A program made the position numbers and the translations under genes. Below, in pieces: positions 31,101-41,599 of a stretch of 64,000 bases of DNA; positions within the stretch are counted from its first letter, which is position 1; each line of letters opens with the position of its first letter. The stretch spans positions 1-64,000 of the IMG/VR virus record IMGVR_UViG_3300033388_007730, one strand, 5' to 3'. The notes beneath the pieces were generated by a model. It saw only the letters and a list, made by a program, of their open reading frames with translations. It was not told where the DNA came from and did no database searches.

Positions 31101-33980
31101 TCGTCGCAGATGCCAGCTATTTATCATAAGGGTAGGGTTAATGAGAGTCTTATTCCATTGAAGCTTCCTATGCAGACTTTTGATAATATAGCTTATAGTT
31201 TATCTGAGTCTTATGATGATGAAGATAGAAACAAAATGGGAAATGCTGTTACATTTTATGATATAATTCCTACAGGAGAGAATATTCAATTGTTAGCAGC
31301 TACTAGTAGTGGGATATGGGTTAGCGATGATTTTGGTAATAGTTGGAGTTCGAGGGAAACATTTCCCAATGCTGTTCATAGAGTTTATAGATCTGCTGCT
31401 GGAGATTTTTATGCTATAACAAATTACAATATTTATAAAAGTAATGGAACTAGTTTTCGTTCCTGGAGAAGGATGACGGGACTAGAATATGTTAAAATTA
31501 TTAGAGATATAGATGAAGATAGTAGTGGTAATTTATTCATTAGCACAGATTTAGGAGTGTTTAGATTAAATAGTGAGGAAGTTCCTTATATCCTTGACTC
31601 ATGGGAGAAATTATCTATTTTTGGGGCAAGAAGTAATGAGGCTTATGCAATTATAGTAGATGAAGATTTTGTGTATGGTTCTGAAGGAGGAACAGGAAGA
31701 ATATTAGCTAGTAATGAATTAGGATTGGTAGAATCTGTTGATGATGGCAGTAGTTGGTCATATGTTGGTGATTTAGAATCGAATGTCAAAATAAGAAAAT
31801 TTATTAAGAGTGGTAACTTTACATTCGCTTTGGCAGATAATAAATTATATAGACAAGAAGATAATAATGAAATATTTGATGAGATAGCATCGTTTGATGT
31901 TAATTTATCTAGGAAAATAGAAATATTTAATGAGAAAATTTATATATCTACTGATGATGGAGCTAAAGTTTCTGTTTCACCAAACATTTATACAGATACT
32001 GATATAGAATTTGTTCCTGTTTGGTCTTCTATGAATATAAAGAATGATATCTCTGTAACTACATCATTAAATATTATAGAAGAAATCTTGTTTATAGGAA
32101 CAGATAGAAGATTATTTATATTTGATGAAAATAGTGAAATATGGCTTCAATATGAACAGGTTGGAACAGCAATACCTACATTTTATATTGATGACGTTGT
32201 TCAGAATTTAGGATTTTATTACAATAATGAAGGTGGCAGTCATAATATTCAATTTGATGAGATATTGGCTGCTGATTCATTGGTTAAAGTAGCGAATAAA
32301 TATGATATTTATGTTGCGGAAAGAGGAGGATGGGTAGAAAATAAGTATGATGCTGAATTTCATGTATTCCAAAATGGAGTAGAGTTTGGAAGGTCTAAAG
32401 AATCTATCTCTATTGATGTTAATGAATTTTTAAATCTTACTTTTCCTGATTATACAGATTTAAATTCACATAAAGAGAAAGCAGATTTGTATAAAGCTGA
32501 TTTAGACGAATATCTTAAAAGTGTTGCTACTATTGCAGAGTCGTCTGGTGAAGAAGTTGTTGAACTAATGAAGAATGTGTATAAAAATATAGAATTATTC
32601 TTTTCTCAATTATATTCTTCTCTTACTGATGGTTATATATATCCTTCTGTTAACGCTACTATGATAAAAACTATTAATATATTCTCGAATATTGGAGTGG
32701 TGGAGACACAGGATGTTTCTGTTTATTATGAAGAGAATCAGGATAAAGGAACAGATTATTCAGCTTCAATAAACACAGTAGATGGTTTGGCAACATTTGA
32801 TATACCATTCGATAAATATGACGACTTAACAATAGATATTAAGGGTGTTGGAATTTTAAATTCTGGAGAATTGTTACATAGAGAAGTAGAAGATAATTTT
32901 GAACTTGCATATTCTGGATTCCCATCATATTTGTCACAAGTTCAACAAATCAATATATCAAAACTTGGATTATTTACGGAGAGGCAGTGGGCTGGACAGC
33001 AAGATGAATTAAGCACACCTTATCAAATGAAAAATATAATACCAGTTGATAATAATTGGTATGATACTTTAAATTCTACTATTAATTATTCAGAACAGAG
33101 TGCAGCAGGATCTCCATCATTATCTTTGCAACATGTTACTTCTATATTACATGTTTCGGAGGCAGGTAGTATTTTTGTTGGGGGACAAGGTGGTTGTTTG
33201 TCAATAGATACTGATAATTTAAATATATCAGAAATTGATTTTACAAGCATTGCTGATCAAAGAGTAAGACAGATATTTAGAGAAAATGATAATATATATA
33301 TACTAACTGATAGCTATATTTATTTATCTCAAGATTTTGGAGTTACGTGGGAAGATTATAGTAGAGATGGTCTTCCTAATCAGTTATATTCTATTGGATA
33401 TGTTGGAAATAATTTAGTTATTGGAGCATCGGATGGAATTTATACAAAATCATCATTAGTGTTTGACTGGGATAGATCTGTTGAAACTTCTTCTCCAGTT
33501 ACTGTTATGATGACTTCTAATTTGTTATATGCTGTTGTGAATGGAACAATACAAGGAACTTCTAATGGGTACTCATTCTTTGATACTGGCTTAGGCTCTG
33601 ATTTAGATATAATAGAATTAGTAAGATACAATTATATAAATATGTATGTTGCTACAAAGCAGGGATTGTATTCAGATAATGGTAGTCTTAATAGCACAAA
33701 TCCTGTATTGACAGAAATAGATATTAGTAGTTTCGTAGATGATGATGATACTATTAACGATGTAGCTACTGATGATTTAACGAAAATAATTGTTGGCACT
33801 AGTTCTGGGACTTATGTACTTATAGAAAATGATATCATAAGCGATGGAGGTACTACTTCATTGGATGCTGTGCATAAATTAATTATAGTTAATGATGAAG
33901 TATGGTTATTCGGATATAATTTGTTGAAAGTTCCTTCTCTGAATTATCCGATAAGGTTATCAACTGGAGTACCTATTTAA
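28107..33980 (+). CDS. Giant FN3 + BNR/Asp-box propeller protein (1957 aa)
   Basis: Multiple FN3 repeats (YQIIAIDLSGNES, YFVTSIDIYGNES); Asp-boxes SDDFGNSW, SVDDGSSW, SQDFGVTW. Confidence 0.8.
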   Translation: MPIKTPHYGLEAFGWGDIYSARVDARRFSTIDSQLAFVSDLIGPGVITGWDLTTDSNNRIIASAGMGIIGRNVLKTFGSSEILVDSNSENYIYMKEKSNDVGEISGNSEITSIVGVNLIPPSSPTGLQQESSIISYLAGLGIYDPELITYLKRLLSREDNDDDVEIIGYKEIAFSWDENTEVDLSHYKIVKIDGNSTSDFITTETIYADTNLIQNNDYSYQIIAIDLSGNESSVSEITVRTDVDTRVPLPPTFIETFPGDGSFELIWDASSSDNVNKYEIIIQLLTDSYEIDGSPSTHYVSVIDDLFDSTYAIFTGLNNNRNYRITISSVSLAGIKSESIYVTTKLVFFAGAGEVNSLDVSFEISDFENIGIETDVSWRYLPSNPYLLDAELFLITFIENGTRLSDPIEVLPSVAALASCPDGNDSNGVCYTTHIKYIPFENDGIISYESIKEYTPYIVLIQTKDVDGNISSGFIYRVNRTPVSVKVSSISNFTLTRRTDNTIHLIWDNPEDDYFSYNVINIAITDLSATTFNPSAEEEFTYLDDVRIGRTNEYIIPSSLFNVASRYTTTITSYDIFGTGGGSFQYAHQFTDQLGVIFPPSPGNLLVTAGDSEVNLKWDPIGDEFDVAYYRIYRADYQFYLRSDDFSIINTIPSSLTYFTDFTVSNGSVYNYFVTSIDIYGNESLNPSFYGYISISSFAAEPRSNSSISVAEGLEVNVGSNEVDAELSWTISYGNFDGYEILRSDENNYSFETTGYAFPGDTTFVDQNAILKDNVNYYYMIRKFKNDTTLAITSSSVAPSKSIFIGKVISLNGIITFDTSNVVNLINFEDPIRERTEAKVIIHNHKFENNIDRRIELRSNLIVDSWLTNDFSIYQTVQDIEGATNYVVKISGTVNKDYFTDSKGNVDVTRLRKAQIGESPVEYEIDVNEGIITFNEPLYTTCVPSETSPVVVCPVTPYTSSAPSISLELIGLSEVDGLLVEDKVKSFSATQVSNGLIRSSQMPAIYHKGRVNESLIPLKLPMQTFDNIAYSLSESYDDEDRNKMGNAVTFYDIIPTGENIQLLAATSSGIWVSDDFGNSWSSRETFPNAVHRVYRSAAGDFYAITNYNIYKSNGTSFRSWRRMTGLEYVKIIRDIDEDSSGNLFISTDLGVFRLNSEEVPYILDSWEKLSIFGARSNEAYAIIVDEDFVYGSEGGTGRILASNELGLVESVDDGSSWSYVGDLESNVKIRKFIKSGNFTFALADNKLYRQEDNNEIFDEIASFDVNLSRKIEIFNEKIYISTDDGAKVSVSPNIYTDTDIEFVPVWSSMNIKNDISVTTSLNIIEEILFIGTDRRLFIFDENSEIWLQYEQVGTAIPTFYIDDVVQNLGFYYNNEGGSHNIQFDEILAADSLVKVANKYDIYVAERGGWVENKYDAEFHVFQNGVEFGRSKESISIDVNEFLNLTFPDYTDLNSHKEKADLYKADLDEYLKSVATIAESSGEEVVELMKNVYKNIELFFSQLYSSLTDGYIYPSVNATMIKTINIFSNIGVVETQDVSVYYEENQDKGTDYSASINTVDGLATFDIPFDKYDDLTIDIKGVGILNSGELLHREVEDNFELAYSGFPSYLSQVQQINISKLGLFTERQWAGQQDELSTPYQMKNIIPVDNNWYDTLNSTINYSEQSAAGSPSLSLQHVTSILHVSEAGSIFVGGQGGCLSIDTDNLNISEIDFTSIADQRVRQIFRENDNIYILTDSYIYLSQDFGVTWEDYSRDGLPNQLYSIGYVGNNLVIGASDGIYTKSSLVFDWDRSVETSSPVTVMMTSNLLYAVVNGTIQGTSNGYSFFDTGLGSDLDIIELVRYNYINMYVATKQGLYSDNGSLNSTNPVLTEIDISSFVDDDDTINDVATDDLTKIIVGTSSGTYVLIENDIISDGGTTSLDAVHKLIIVNDEVWLFGYNLLKVPSLNYPIRLSTGVPI

Positions 33981-34006
33981 AGTAAATATATTTGAGATAA
34001 AATAAA

Positions 34007-35557
34007 ATGGCAACAAGCTACACTCAAGTTCATTATAAGTTTGGTGAAAATATTGGTAATAAGTCTGATCCAGATAACATAACATTTGGAGCATTGGATA
34101 CAGCACCAGAAGAAGCTATAGTAGAAGAACCACTTCACATAAGAATACAGTGTGTCAATTATGGTGTTGATGCTGCGTCTGATTATGCTTGGCAACTATA
34201 TTCTAATACCACTAGCAACGCTGCCACTGCTACTAAAGTAACCACAAGTTCAACTTATGTTCAACTTGTTGATGATACAGATATAGCAAATGATACAAGA
34301 ACAACTGTTGATGATATAGTGTATGACCAATCAGGTTCTTACGCTTGGCAAGATGGTTGGTTTGCTGATGTAGATGTGACAGGCACATTAGATTTACAAG
34401 GTGAGAGCTATACAGACCATCAATTCTCTATTAAGTTTACAACAGCCGCTATAGGTAGCACTCATTATTTATTTTTAAGATATTATGAATATGAATTAGA
34501 TGGTGGTTATGATGTAACTATTTCTGTTAATATATCAGCGTCAAGCTCAAGCTCTACAAGCAGTTCAAGTTCTCAAAGTAGCAGTTCAAGTTCTCAAAGT
34601 AGCAGTTCAAGTTCTCAAAGTAGTAGTTCAAGTTCTCAAAGTTCAAGTTCTCAAAGTTCAAGTTCAAGCTCAGATACTTATGAAGATTTTTCCGTCAAAT
34701 TAAGGTTGGCACAAGAATTTAATGTTGATAGCGAATTTGTCCCATCAAAAGCAACAGTTTATTTAAAAAGAAATGGTAAAAATGCTGCTGATTATTGGAC
34801 AATTTATAATGATAGAGCAAATGTAATTGATGCTACTAATTTTTCTAATATAACAGAAGCATCAAATAGAGTTTATTTTGATGATACTATTAATGACTCT
34901 ACAGGTAATGGGTATATGCTACTAGATAATTCTTCTGGATCTACATTTGATACCATAAATTATCCAATAAGAGCTTTAGAAGATGATATTTTTAATTTGT
35001 GGATAAGGTGCATAGCATTGCAGTCTAATTATTTTCAAGCTGATATTTTGATTGATGGAAATGTGTTTAGAACAATAAATATAGAGGTTAACGAGCCATC
35101 TGCTTTAGATTGGTTTTGGACTTCTACTGCATTAGTTATTCCTGATACATCAAATCATATTTTAGGAATTAGAATAAAGGAGAGTCAGTCAGCTATTGAT
35201 AAGATATATATAGAGGCTGATAGCACAGCTCCAAGTTCTGTTGGACCAGAGTATAGTTTAAGTCCCTATGTTACCACACATGTTAAATTACATAAAACTA
35301 ATAGTGTCGGTTCTCCTACTGATCAATTATTTGTTTATGATTATAAAAATACTGTAGATCATATCGTTGAAGATGGTTGGTATAATTTTGATATTAGTGT
35401 TATGGATGACAATCATGGATATATCTCTTCAGGAGATTTTATTGGGAATTATGCTATAGTCATGTCAACATCTGGTGGAAATTTTGATAACTTTATTACT
35501 TGGGAAATGGTAGATAATGATGAATATCTTTCGTTACCATCTGCTATAAAAATGTAA
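34007..35557 (+). CDS. Two-domain protein with a poly-Ser linker, C-terminal domain possibly carbohydrate-binding-like
   Basis: 516 aa; a (SSSSSQS)n linker separates two beta-rich domains. Confidence 0.7.
   Translation: MATSYTQVHYKFGENIGNKSDPDNITFGALDTAPEEAIVEEPLHIRIQCVNYGVDAASDYAWQLYSNTTSNAATATKVTTSSTYVQLVDDTDIANDTRTTVDDIVYDQSGSYAWQDGWFADVDVTGTLDLQGESYTDHQFSIKFTTAAIGSTHYLFLRYYEYELDGGYDVTISVNISASSSSSTSSSSSQSSSSSSQSSSSSSQSSSSSSQSSSSQSSSSSSDTYEDFSVKLRLAQEFNVDSEFVPSKATVYLKRNGKNAADYWTIYNDRANVIDATNFSNITEASNRVYFDDTINDSTGNGYMLLDNSSGSTFDTINYPIRALEDDIFNLWIRCIALQSNYFQADILIDGNVFRTINIEVNEPSALDWFWTSTALVIPDTSNHILGIRIKESQSAIDKIYIEADSTAPSSVGPEYSLSPYVTTHVKLHKTNSVGSPTDQLFVYDYKNTVDHIVEDGWYNFDISVMDDNHGYISSGDFIGNYAIVMSTSGGNFDNFITWEMVDNDEYLSLPSAIKM
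34541..34672 (+). repeat. In-frame tandem repeat encoding the poly-Ser/Gln linker
   Basis: AGCAGTTCAAGTTCTCAAAGT x3 exact (34559-34621), one variant, then 15-nt sub-units. Confidence 0.95.
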
Positions 35558-35568
35558 TTGGAATTATA

Positions 35569-38500
35569 ATGGCAATATTAAATTTAATAGATTATTATAA
35601 AGCTATAAATGGAACATCATCTTTAGAGTCTGGTGTGTGGCATACTAATTTTGATAAGAGACATGCTCTTAAAGTATATTCAGATTTAGAGGCTGTGGAC
35701 GAACATAGTGATACTATGGTGTTATCATCTACACCAAGTTTGACAGAATCTATAGATGTATTTTCTGAAAAATTGGGGCAAAAATTAAATAATACAAAAA
35801 TTACTACTCAAGGTGATGGTAGTGAGATAGTAGAATTAGAATTAGATGATAGAGTTGTAACTTTTATTATTGATCAAAGTGGGAGTATGAGTTGGTCTGA
35901 TAATGGCAATTTTAGGCATGTTATCGCTCAGGATATTGCCGATAAAATTCAAAATAATTATCCAGGAGATATTAAATATAATTTATTAGAATTTGGTTCT
36001 AAATTTGTGAATGTTGTTTTGTTTGGAGTTATAGAGGAGAGCATGGATGCTGATGATCCAAACGTTGTTGAAAACGCTCTTACTATTGATAGTGATGAAA
36101 ATTTTAGAGGCATAAGAGTTGTTAGAACAACTGAAGATATTGATCTTAGTTATAATCCTGCTGGTGGAGATTTAATGTCAGATGGTTTTCTTGGGAAGAT
36201 GTTAGATCAAGACGTAGTGGAAGGAACAACATATTATTACTGGGTTTATACTTATGATGCCAATCTTAGTATGAGTAAAGGAAGAAGAATAAAAGTTACT
36301 CCTAGAGATAGAATTGTTCCTAGAGGAGTTTCTATTTTTAGAAGTTTTGAAAAACATGATGACATAACTAAAGGTCTTCCTTTGATTGGGACAGGTATAT
36401 CTAGAGATGATAATACATTAGGTATATGGCATTTTAATGAGGGTACAGGAACTAATGTATTTGATTTTAGTTCAACTAATGCTGTTTTAAATATAAATGA
36501 TACAGAACCAACATGGTATGATAGTGAATTTGTTCCAACTGGGACTTCGGGAATATATCTGAATGGAGTAAATGATTATGTAAACATTATTGGGCAAACT
36601 GATTTGTATCGTGATTTTGTTACTCAACCAGAACTTACTATTATGGCATGGGTTTTTCCTTATAAAAATACAGGTTTACAAAATATAGTATCATCAACTT
36701 CAGATACTGGTGAAAATTATTATTTTTGTTTCACAAATGAAAAATTAACGTTTTGGGTAGATTCTCCAAATGAAATTTTTAATACAGTTGATGATGTGTT
36801 GGAATTAAATAAATGGCAGCATGTATGTATGACGTACAATCAGGGCGTGGTATCATTTTATCATAACGGCATATTAAGAGACACTATTTCGCCGTTTCCA
36901 TCAGTTCCTGTAGCAGTGTCGGAATATTCTTTTAATATTGGCGTTTCTTCAACTGGTATTGGTTATTTCTACGGAAAGATAACAGAAATTAGTGTTCATG
37001 ATGTTGCTCGTAGTTCTGTTTATATTAATGCTCAATTAACTACTAATTCTATAACTGATAGTGATGGAGTTGAAATTGATACCGAGATTACTGGTATCAA
37101 AGATGATAACGGTGATAGAATCAATGTACTTAGATATGAAGTTTCAGAAGACTATAATTTTATCGGCGGAAATGTAAAGATAGTAAGGAATAATGAAAGA
37201 ATACCTACTTGGGAAGAAGATGGAGAGGATATATTTAATGGAACTGTTGCTCCTGGTATGTATTATGTTGCTGATGTAAATGATTATGTTCTTGGAGACA
37301 ATGTATATTATAGAATATTTTCTCAAAATACTTTGGGTAATTTTAGCTTCGTTTCTGATTCTTTATCTTTAACATTTGAACTTGAAAAACCATCTTCAGA
37401 TGTTGGTTTCCCTACATTAGATTCTGCAATTCCTCCTCCAATTTTAAGAAGTGGTGTTCCGCTTGGGACTGCGGGAAATATGAAGACTGCTATAAAGTGG
37501 GCACAGACTTCTCCAATAGATGATAGGATAAAAAAAGTTAAAATATTTTATTCCAGAACAGGATATCCTACTGTCAATGATGATGGTGGCAGTGATGGAG
37601 AGCTAGTATTTAATGGAACTACTTCTGATAATGTTTTTGTGCATAGAGATTTAGATAATGATGTGGAGGCTTATTATACTATAGTTAATGTTGATAGATA
37701 TGGCAGATCTTCTAATTATGATAGTGATGGAGTCAGAATTCAAGATTTTTTACAGACACTTATTGTCCCAGTAAGTGATGCCGATGATGTCGCTATCCCA
37801 TTAGTAGATGTAGAAAATTTACATTATGAATTAATTGATGATGACTCTGTTAGTGTTATATGGGATCAACCCTCTAAAAATCCTGAAAATATAAGTGCTT
37901 ATTTTGATCAGACTGTTGTAGTGTATACTTCTATTACTGACCAATTTGGTAGTGCTCTTTCAGAAGATACTCTTTTGAAAATGTTCATAAGTTCAGAAAT
38001 AATTAGAGATGATCAAGCTGATGATGTATTTGGTGGCATAGCAGCAGCTGATTTTGAAGATAGAGATGCTTATACTTTTAATGTAATTAGAACAGATGAT
38101 GGTATATTAAAAGCTAGTTTAACTATGACTACTAATACTAGTATAATGGCTAGTGTTAAAGAGGCTACTTTTGAAATTCAAGTAAAAGCATTTGTTCCAA
38201 AAGAGGGATATATTTCTCCTACTAACAACACCACAGTAACGACTCCTTTAGAAGAATATAGTCAAGCTGTTGCAGATTTAATTGATGAAATTGAGGGAGA
38301 AGATACAGTATCTAGTACAGTTACTGGTGAGAATATTTTTGAATATTTTTCTAAAAAAATAACAATTAATTTTACAAATCCTTGGGAAGTAGAGTTAATA
38401 AACAAAGAAAATATGATGGTTTCTGAAAGATGTTATGTTCAAAAAGAAGATGAGATTACGAAAGAAGAATATTTAGTAACTTCTGCCCAATCATTCAATG

Positions 38501-41500
38501 GTATTTATATGAAAGCATCTGCACCATTTATTGCCAGGGCAAAGGTAAAATATAAAGGCAAACCAATCAATACGGGATCTGTACAAATAGCAGTTTGGGA
38601 TGCTGATTCTAATAATCTTTGTAGGAATGCTGGGACAGAAGGTTCTACGCCTTATGAAGGAGAAAAAATACAAGTTAGTACTACTGTTCTTCCTCCAGCT
38701 GGTTCTCTTCCTATTTTATCGGGAGAAGAAGAAATTGAAAGTGGAGGAGAAACAATTGTCATCCCTATATCATATGTTGATATACCATTATATGCTCCTG
38801 ATATGCCACAAGCTGTAAGATTGTTTGTCAAGGGGAGTAGAGCAGGATATGATTCAGTAAAAGATTTGTATATATTATTCCAAAATATATTAAAAATTGA
38901 TATACAAGCTTTTAGTCCAAATGTTGATGGAACTCATTTGGCAGAGCAACAGGCTCAGGTTTACATAGTCCATCCAGATTATCCTAACACGAATTTGCTA
39001 TATGATAGCTCGTTGGTGACGTATCCTGACGATGATACCGTTGTGCAATGGGAAAGTAAACCAATAGAAGGTGATCCTAGAGATATATATTCAATAGATA
39101 ATGTTCCTATCCCAAATGGAATATATTCATATACTAGAAATGGTGTTGCTAGAAATGTATTTATGGGTCCGATTGAAAGAGGGACAGAAAAAATAGATGA
39201 AACGCATGAGATTACAGCAACAGTTGTTTTTAGTGGGCTATCATCTCAAGCTAAACAATTTATATACATAGAATATGAACCTGATGAGTATAATAAATTT
39301 GCAGCAAGATTTTTGATGGAAGTTGATGGAGGGTGGATAGGAGATGGTTTAGATTCTAGATGGGGTGGTGCAGGATGGTTAAATGTTAGAAGTGGATTGT
39401 TGTGGACAGATGGATCTGATTACAGAAGAGTTAAAGTAAGTAGGAATCCTAGAATAGCTGCTAATTCTGATTTTGGTTCTGCCTCATGTTTCAGAGATTG
39501 TGCTAGTCAAGAAGATTCTGAAGTTTTAGAATTAAGTTCAGGACAGATAGTACATATAATTACTGGAGATGATAATTTAGAAATTTTGCACGGAGATATA
39601 ACAGAAGAAACAGATCCATATACAGGGGAGCATACTCTTACTGTTGAAGAAAATGGTTCTATAGCTAATGGAGAGGCTTATATAGAATTAAATGATCAAG
39701 AAGATACAGATATGACATATTTTTATATTAGAGCAAATAAATTTGTACCAAATGCTGGAGGTATTAATCCAGATTATTTACGAGATGAAAATCCCATTAA
39801 TGAATGTTTGTGTTTAAAAGGATCTGCAGGCTTGTTCAAAAAAGATTTGCCTAAATGGGAACCTGTTGTTTATATAAATGGCACTACAACTTTATTTGTT
39901 AATAATAGACCTCTTACTTTAAAAGGAGGAGGAGATTTTTACAATGGAATACCTCCATGTCCAATTGGATTAAGAGAACCATTGAGCATGTCAATTGTTG
40001 ATAGAAGAGTGATTACAAATAATGAAACATTTTGGGTTAATAATGATCAATTTTTAGATTCTGATGGGCATACATTGGTGAAAGATGATTCTGATGTTTT
40101 TGTTAAGGTAAGAATTAATTGGAAAAGAGGAAATGTTCCAGTAGGAACAATAATAAGTGTCTCTGTGGGTGATGGATCGGCTTCTAATTTATTCGTAGCT
40201 AGTCAAGATAGATATTTTGCAGAAATTGATTCAGATGATGGATTTAGTTATGTAACAGTTCAATTAGCAGCTTCTAGAGTGGCAGAATCAACTACTACTG
40301 AAAACATTAGAATATTTTCTGTATATGATGAAAATGGAAAGACAGAAAGAAATGTAGGAGTTGTTGTAAGTTTGACTATAGATAAAGAAAATGAAGATGT
40401 AACAGTAATTACGTCAGGTGTTATTGAAGATGTAGATGCTCCTGTTGAAACTCCTTATTCCAGAACATTGGATAGGTATGATATTTTGTTGAATGAGTGG
40501 AACACTGTTAGTAGCATGTCAGAAAGTAGGGGAGATATGTTTTCTGGTGGTGTAGGAGATTATATTTATGCAATAGGTGGATTGAAGGATAATGACATGA
40601 ATATATCTTCTAGAAATGAGAGATATGATACTGTAACAGATACATGGAGCGATATGGCTACTATGATAACACCTAGGTTTGGAGGATCTTCTATAACAAT
40701 TGGTAATGATATATACACTATTGGAGGAGTAGGTATAGACTCTTCTGAAGGAGGAGAATTAGATGTTAGTATCGCTATGGAAGTTTATCATGCAGATATA
40801 GATGAATGGGAAATTTTGTCAAGTATGCCAATAAACAATCAAGGGGAAGCAGCAGAAGAAAAATTTGGGGTTGCTTTTGGTACTGCTAATGTTGTTTTAG
40901 TTAATAATAATGGTTACATTTATGTGTTATGCGGAGCAAAATCTGTAACCAATGCCAGTGGAGAAGTGAAAGTTGAAGATTATAATAATGTTATTTTAAG
41001 ATATCATATAGAAAATGATTCTTGGGAGATATCAGATGAATTGTATAGTGATGAGATGGCTACTTACGCTAGAATATCTCCATTATCTATATATTATGAA
41101 GATAAGATAATAGTATTTAATGGTGGCGTAGATAATGGAAGTGAAATAGTATTCTTTAATGATGAGTTCACAGTGGATATGGATAGTTCATTAGTTAGAG
41201 TCGTTAATAATAGGTATATTAATTTTGGTAGTGCATTATTTTCCAGTGCATTAGTTCCTAAATATTTATCATCATTTGCTGAATATGATATCAATCCATC
41301 TGATTATGATGCTAATTATTATATTTTGGGAGGATCTAATAATGATTCTTCTAGTTTAGATGTAATGGAAAGAATAATAACATCTTATGATCCTTTTGAT
41401 TATGATAGTTCGTATATAATTAGTGATCCTTCAATACAACTACCAGCATTGCCAACTGCTAAACATGGTGCTAGTGCTGTTTATGCTGAAGCTCTCCGTG

Positions 41501-41589
41501 GATCTGATCTTGTTCCTTACATATATTTAATGGGAGGATATACATCAGCCAAAGGAGAAGATTCAGTAGAGATAACTTTTGATATATAA
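35569..41589 (+). CDS. Giant protein (2006 aa): N-terminal half of a vWA domain, LamG, three FN3-like repeats, C-terminal Kelch propeller
   Basis: VVTFIIDQSGSM (MIDAS DxSxS); LTIMAWV...WQHVCMTY...YHNG...GKITEI LamG; YIYAIGG, IYTIGG and YIYLMGG Kelch blades. Confidence 0.85.
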   Translation: MAILNLIDYYKAINGTSSLESGVWHTNFDKRHALKVYSDLEAVDEHSDTMVLSSTPSLTESIDVFSEKLGQKLNNTKITTQGDGSEIVELELDDRVVTFIIDQSGSMSWSDNGNFRHVIAQDIADKIQNNYPGDIKYNLLEFGSKFVNVVLFGVIEESMDADDPNVVENALTIDSDENFRGIRVVRTTEDIDLSYNPAGGDLMSDGFLGKMLDQDVVEGTTYYYWVYTYDANLSMSKGRRIKVTPRDRIVPRGVSIFRSFEKHDDITKGLPLIGTGISRDDNTLGIWHFNEGTGTNVFDFSSTNAVLNINDTEPTWYDSEFVPTGTSGIYLNGVNDYVNIIGQTDLYRDFVTQPELTIMAWVFPYKNTGLQNIVSSTSDTGENYYFCFTNEKLTFWVDSPNEIFNTVDDVLELNKWQHVCMTYNQGVVSFYHNGILRDTISPFPSVPVAVSEYSFNIGVSSTGIGYFYGKITEISVHDVARSSVYINAQLTTNSITDSDGVEIDTEITGIKDDNGDRINVLRYEVSEDYNFIGGNVKIVRNNERIPTWEEDGEDIFNGTVAPGMYYVADVNDYVLGDNVYYRIFSQNTLGNFSFVSDSLSLTFELEKPSSDVGFPTLDSAIPPPILRSGVPLGTAGNMKTAIKWAQTSPIDDRIKKVKIFYSRTGYPTVNDDGGSDGELVFNGTTSDNVFVHRDLDNDVEAYYTIVNVDRYGRSSNYDSDGVRIQDFLQTLIVPVSDADDVAIPLVDVENLHYELIDDDSVSVIWDQPSKNPENISAYFDQTVVVYTSITDQFGSALSEDTLLKMFISSEIIRDDQADDVFGGIAAADFEDRDAYTFNVIRTDDGILKASLTMTTNTSIMASVKEATFEIQVKAFVPKEGYISPTNNTTVTTPLEEYSQAVADLIDEIEGEDTVSSTVTGENIFEYFSKKITINFTNPWEVELINKENMMVSERCYVQKEDEITKEEYLVTSAQSFNGIYMKASAPFIARAKVKYKGKPINTGSVQIAVWDADSNNLCRNAGTEGSTPYEGEKIQVSTTVLPPAGSLPILSGEEEIESGGETIVIPISYVDIPLYAPDMPQAVRLFVKGSRAGYDSVKDLYILFQNILKIDIQAFSPNVDGTHLAEQQAQVYIVHPDYPNTNLLYDSSLVTYPDDDTVVQWESKPIEGDPRDIYSIDNVPIPNGIYSYTRNGVARNVFMGPIERGTEKIDETHEITATVVFSGLSSQAKQFIYIEYEPDEYNKFAARFLMEVDGGWIGDGLDSRWGGAGWLNVRSGLLWTDGSDYRRVKVSRNPRIAANSDFGSASCFRDCASQEDSEVLELSSGQIVHIITGDDNLEILHGDITEETDPYTGEHTLTVEENGSIANGEAYIELNDQEDTDMTYFYIRANKFVPNAGGINPDYLRDENPINECLCLKGSAGLFKKDLPKWEPVVYINGTTTLFVNNRPLTLKGGGDFYNGIPPCPIGLREPLSMSIVDRRVITNNETFWVNNDQFLDSDGHTLVKDDSDVFVKVRINWKRGNVPVGTIISVSVGDGSASNLFVASQDRYFAEIDSDDGFSYVTVQLAASRVAESTTTENIRIFSVYDENGKTERNVGVVVSLTIDKENEDVTVITSGVIEDVDAPVETPYSRTLDRYDILLNEWNTVSSMSESRGDMFSGGVGDYIYAIGGLKDNDMNISSRNERYDTVTDTWSDMATMITPRFGGSSITIGNDIYTIGGVGIDSSEGGELDVSIAMEVYHADIDEWEILSSMPINNQGEAAEEKFGVAFGTANVVLVNNNGYIYVLCGAKSVTNASGEVKVEDYNNVILRYHIENDSWEISDELYSDEMATYARISPLSIYYEDKIIVFNGGVDNGSEIVFFNDEFTVDMDSSLVRVVNNRYINFGSALFSSALVPKYLSSFAEYDINPSDYDANYYILGGSNNDSSSLDVMERIITSYDPFDYDSSYIISDPSIQLPALPTAKHGASAVYAEALRGSDLVPYIYLMGGYTSAKGEDSVEITFDI

Positions 41590-41599
41590 GGTGATAGTA

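Noticed and set aside
34541-34672. Tandem repeat as a CRISPR array
   Set aside because: No spacers; units are multiples of three and encode a Ser linker inside a CDS.
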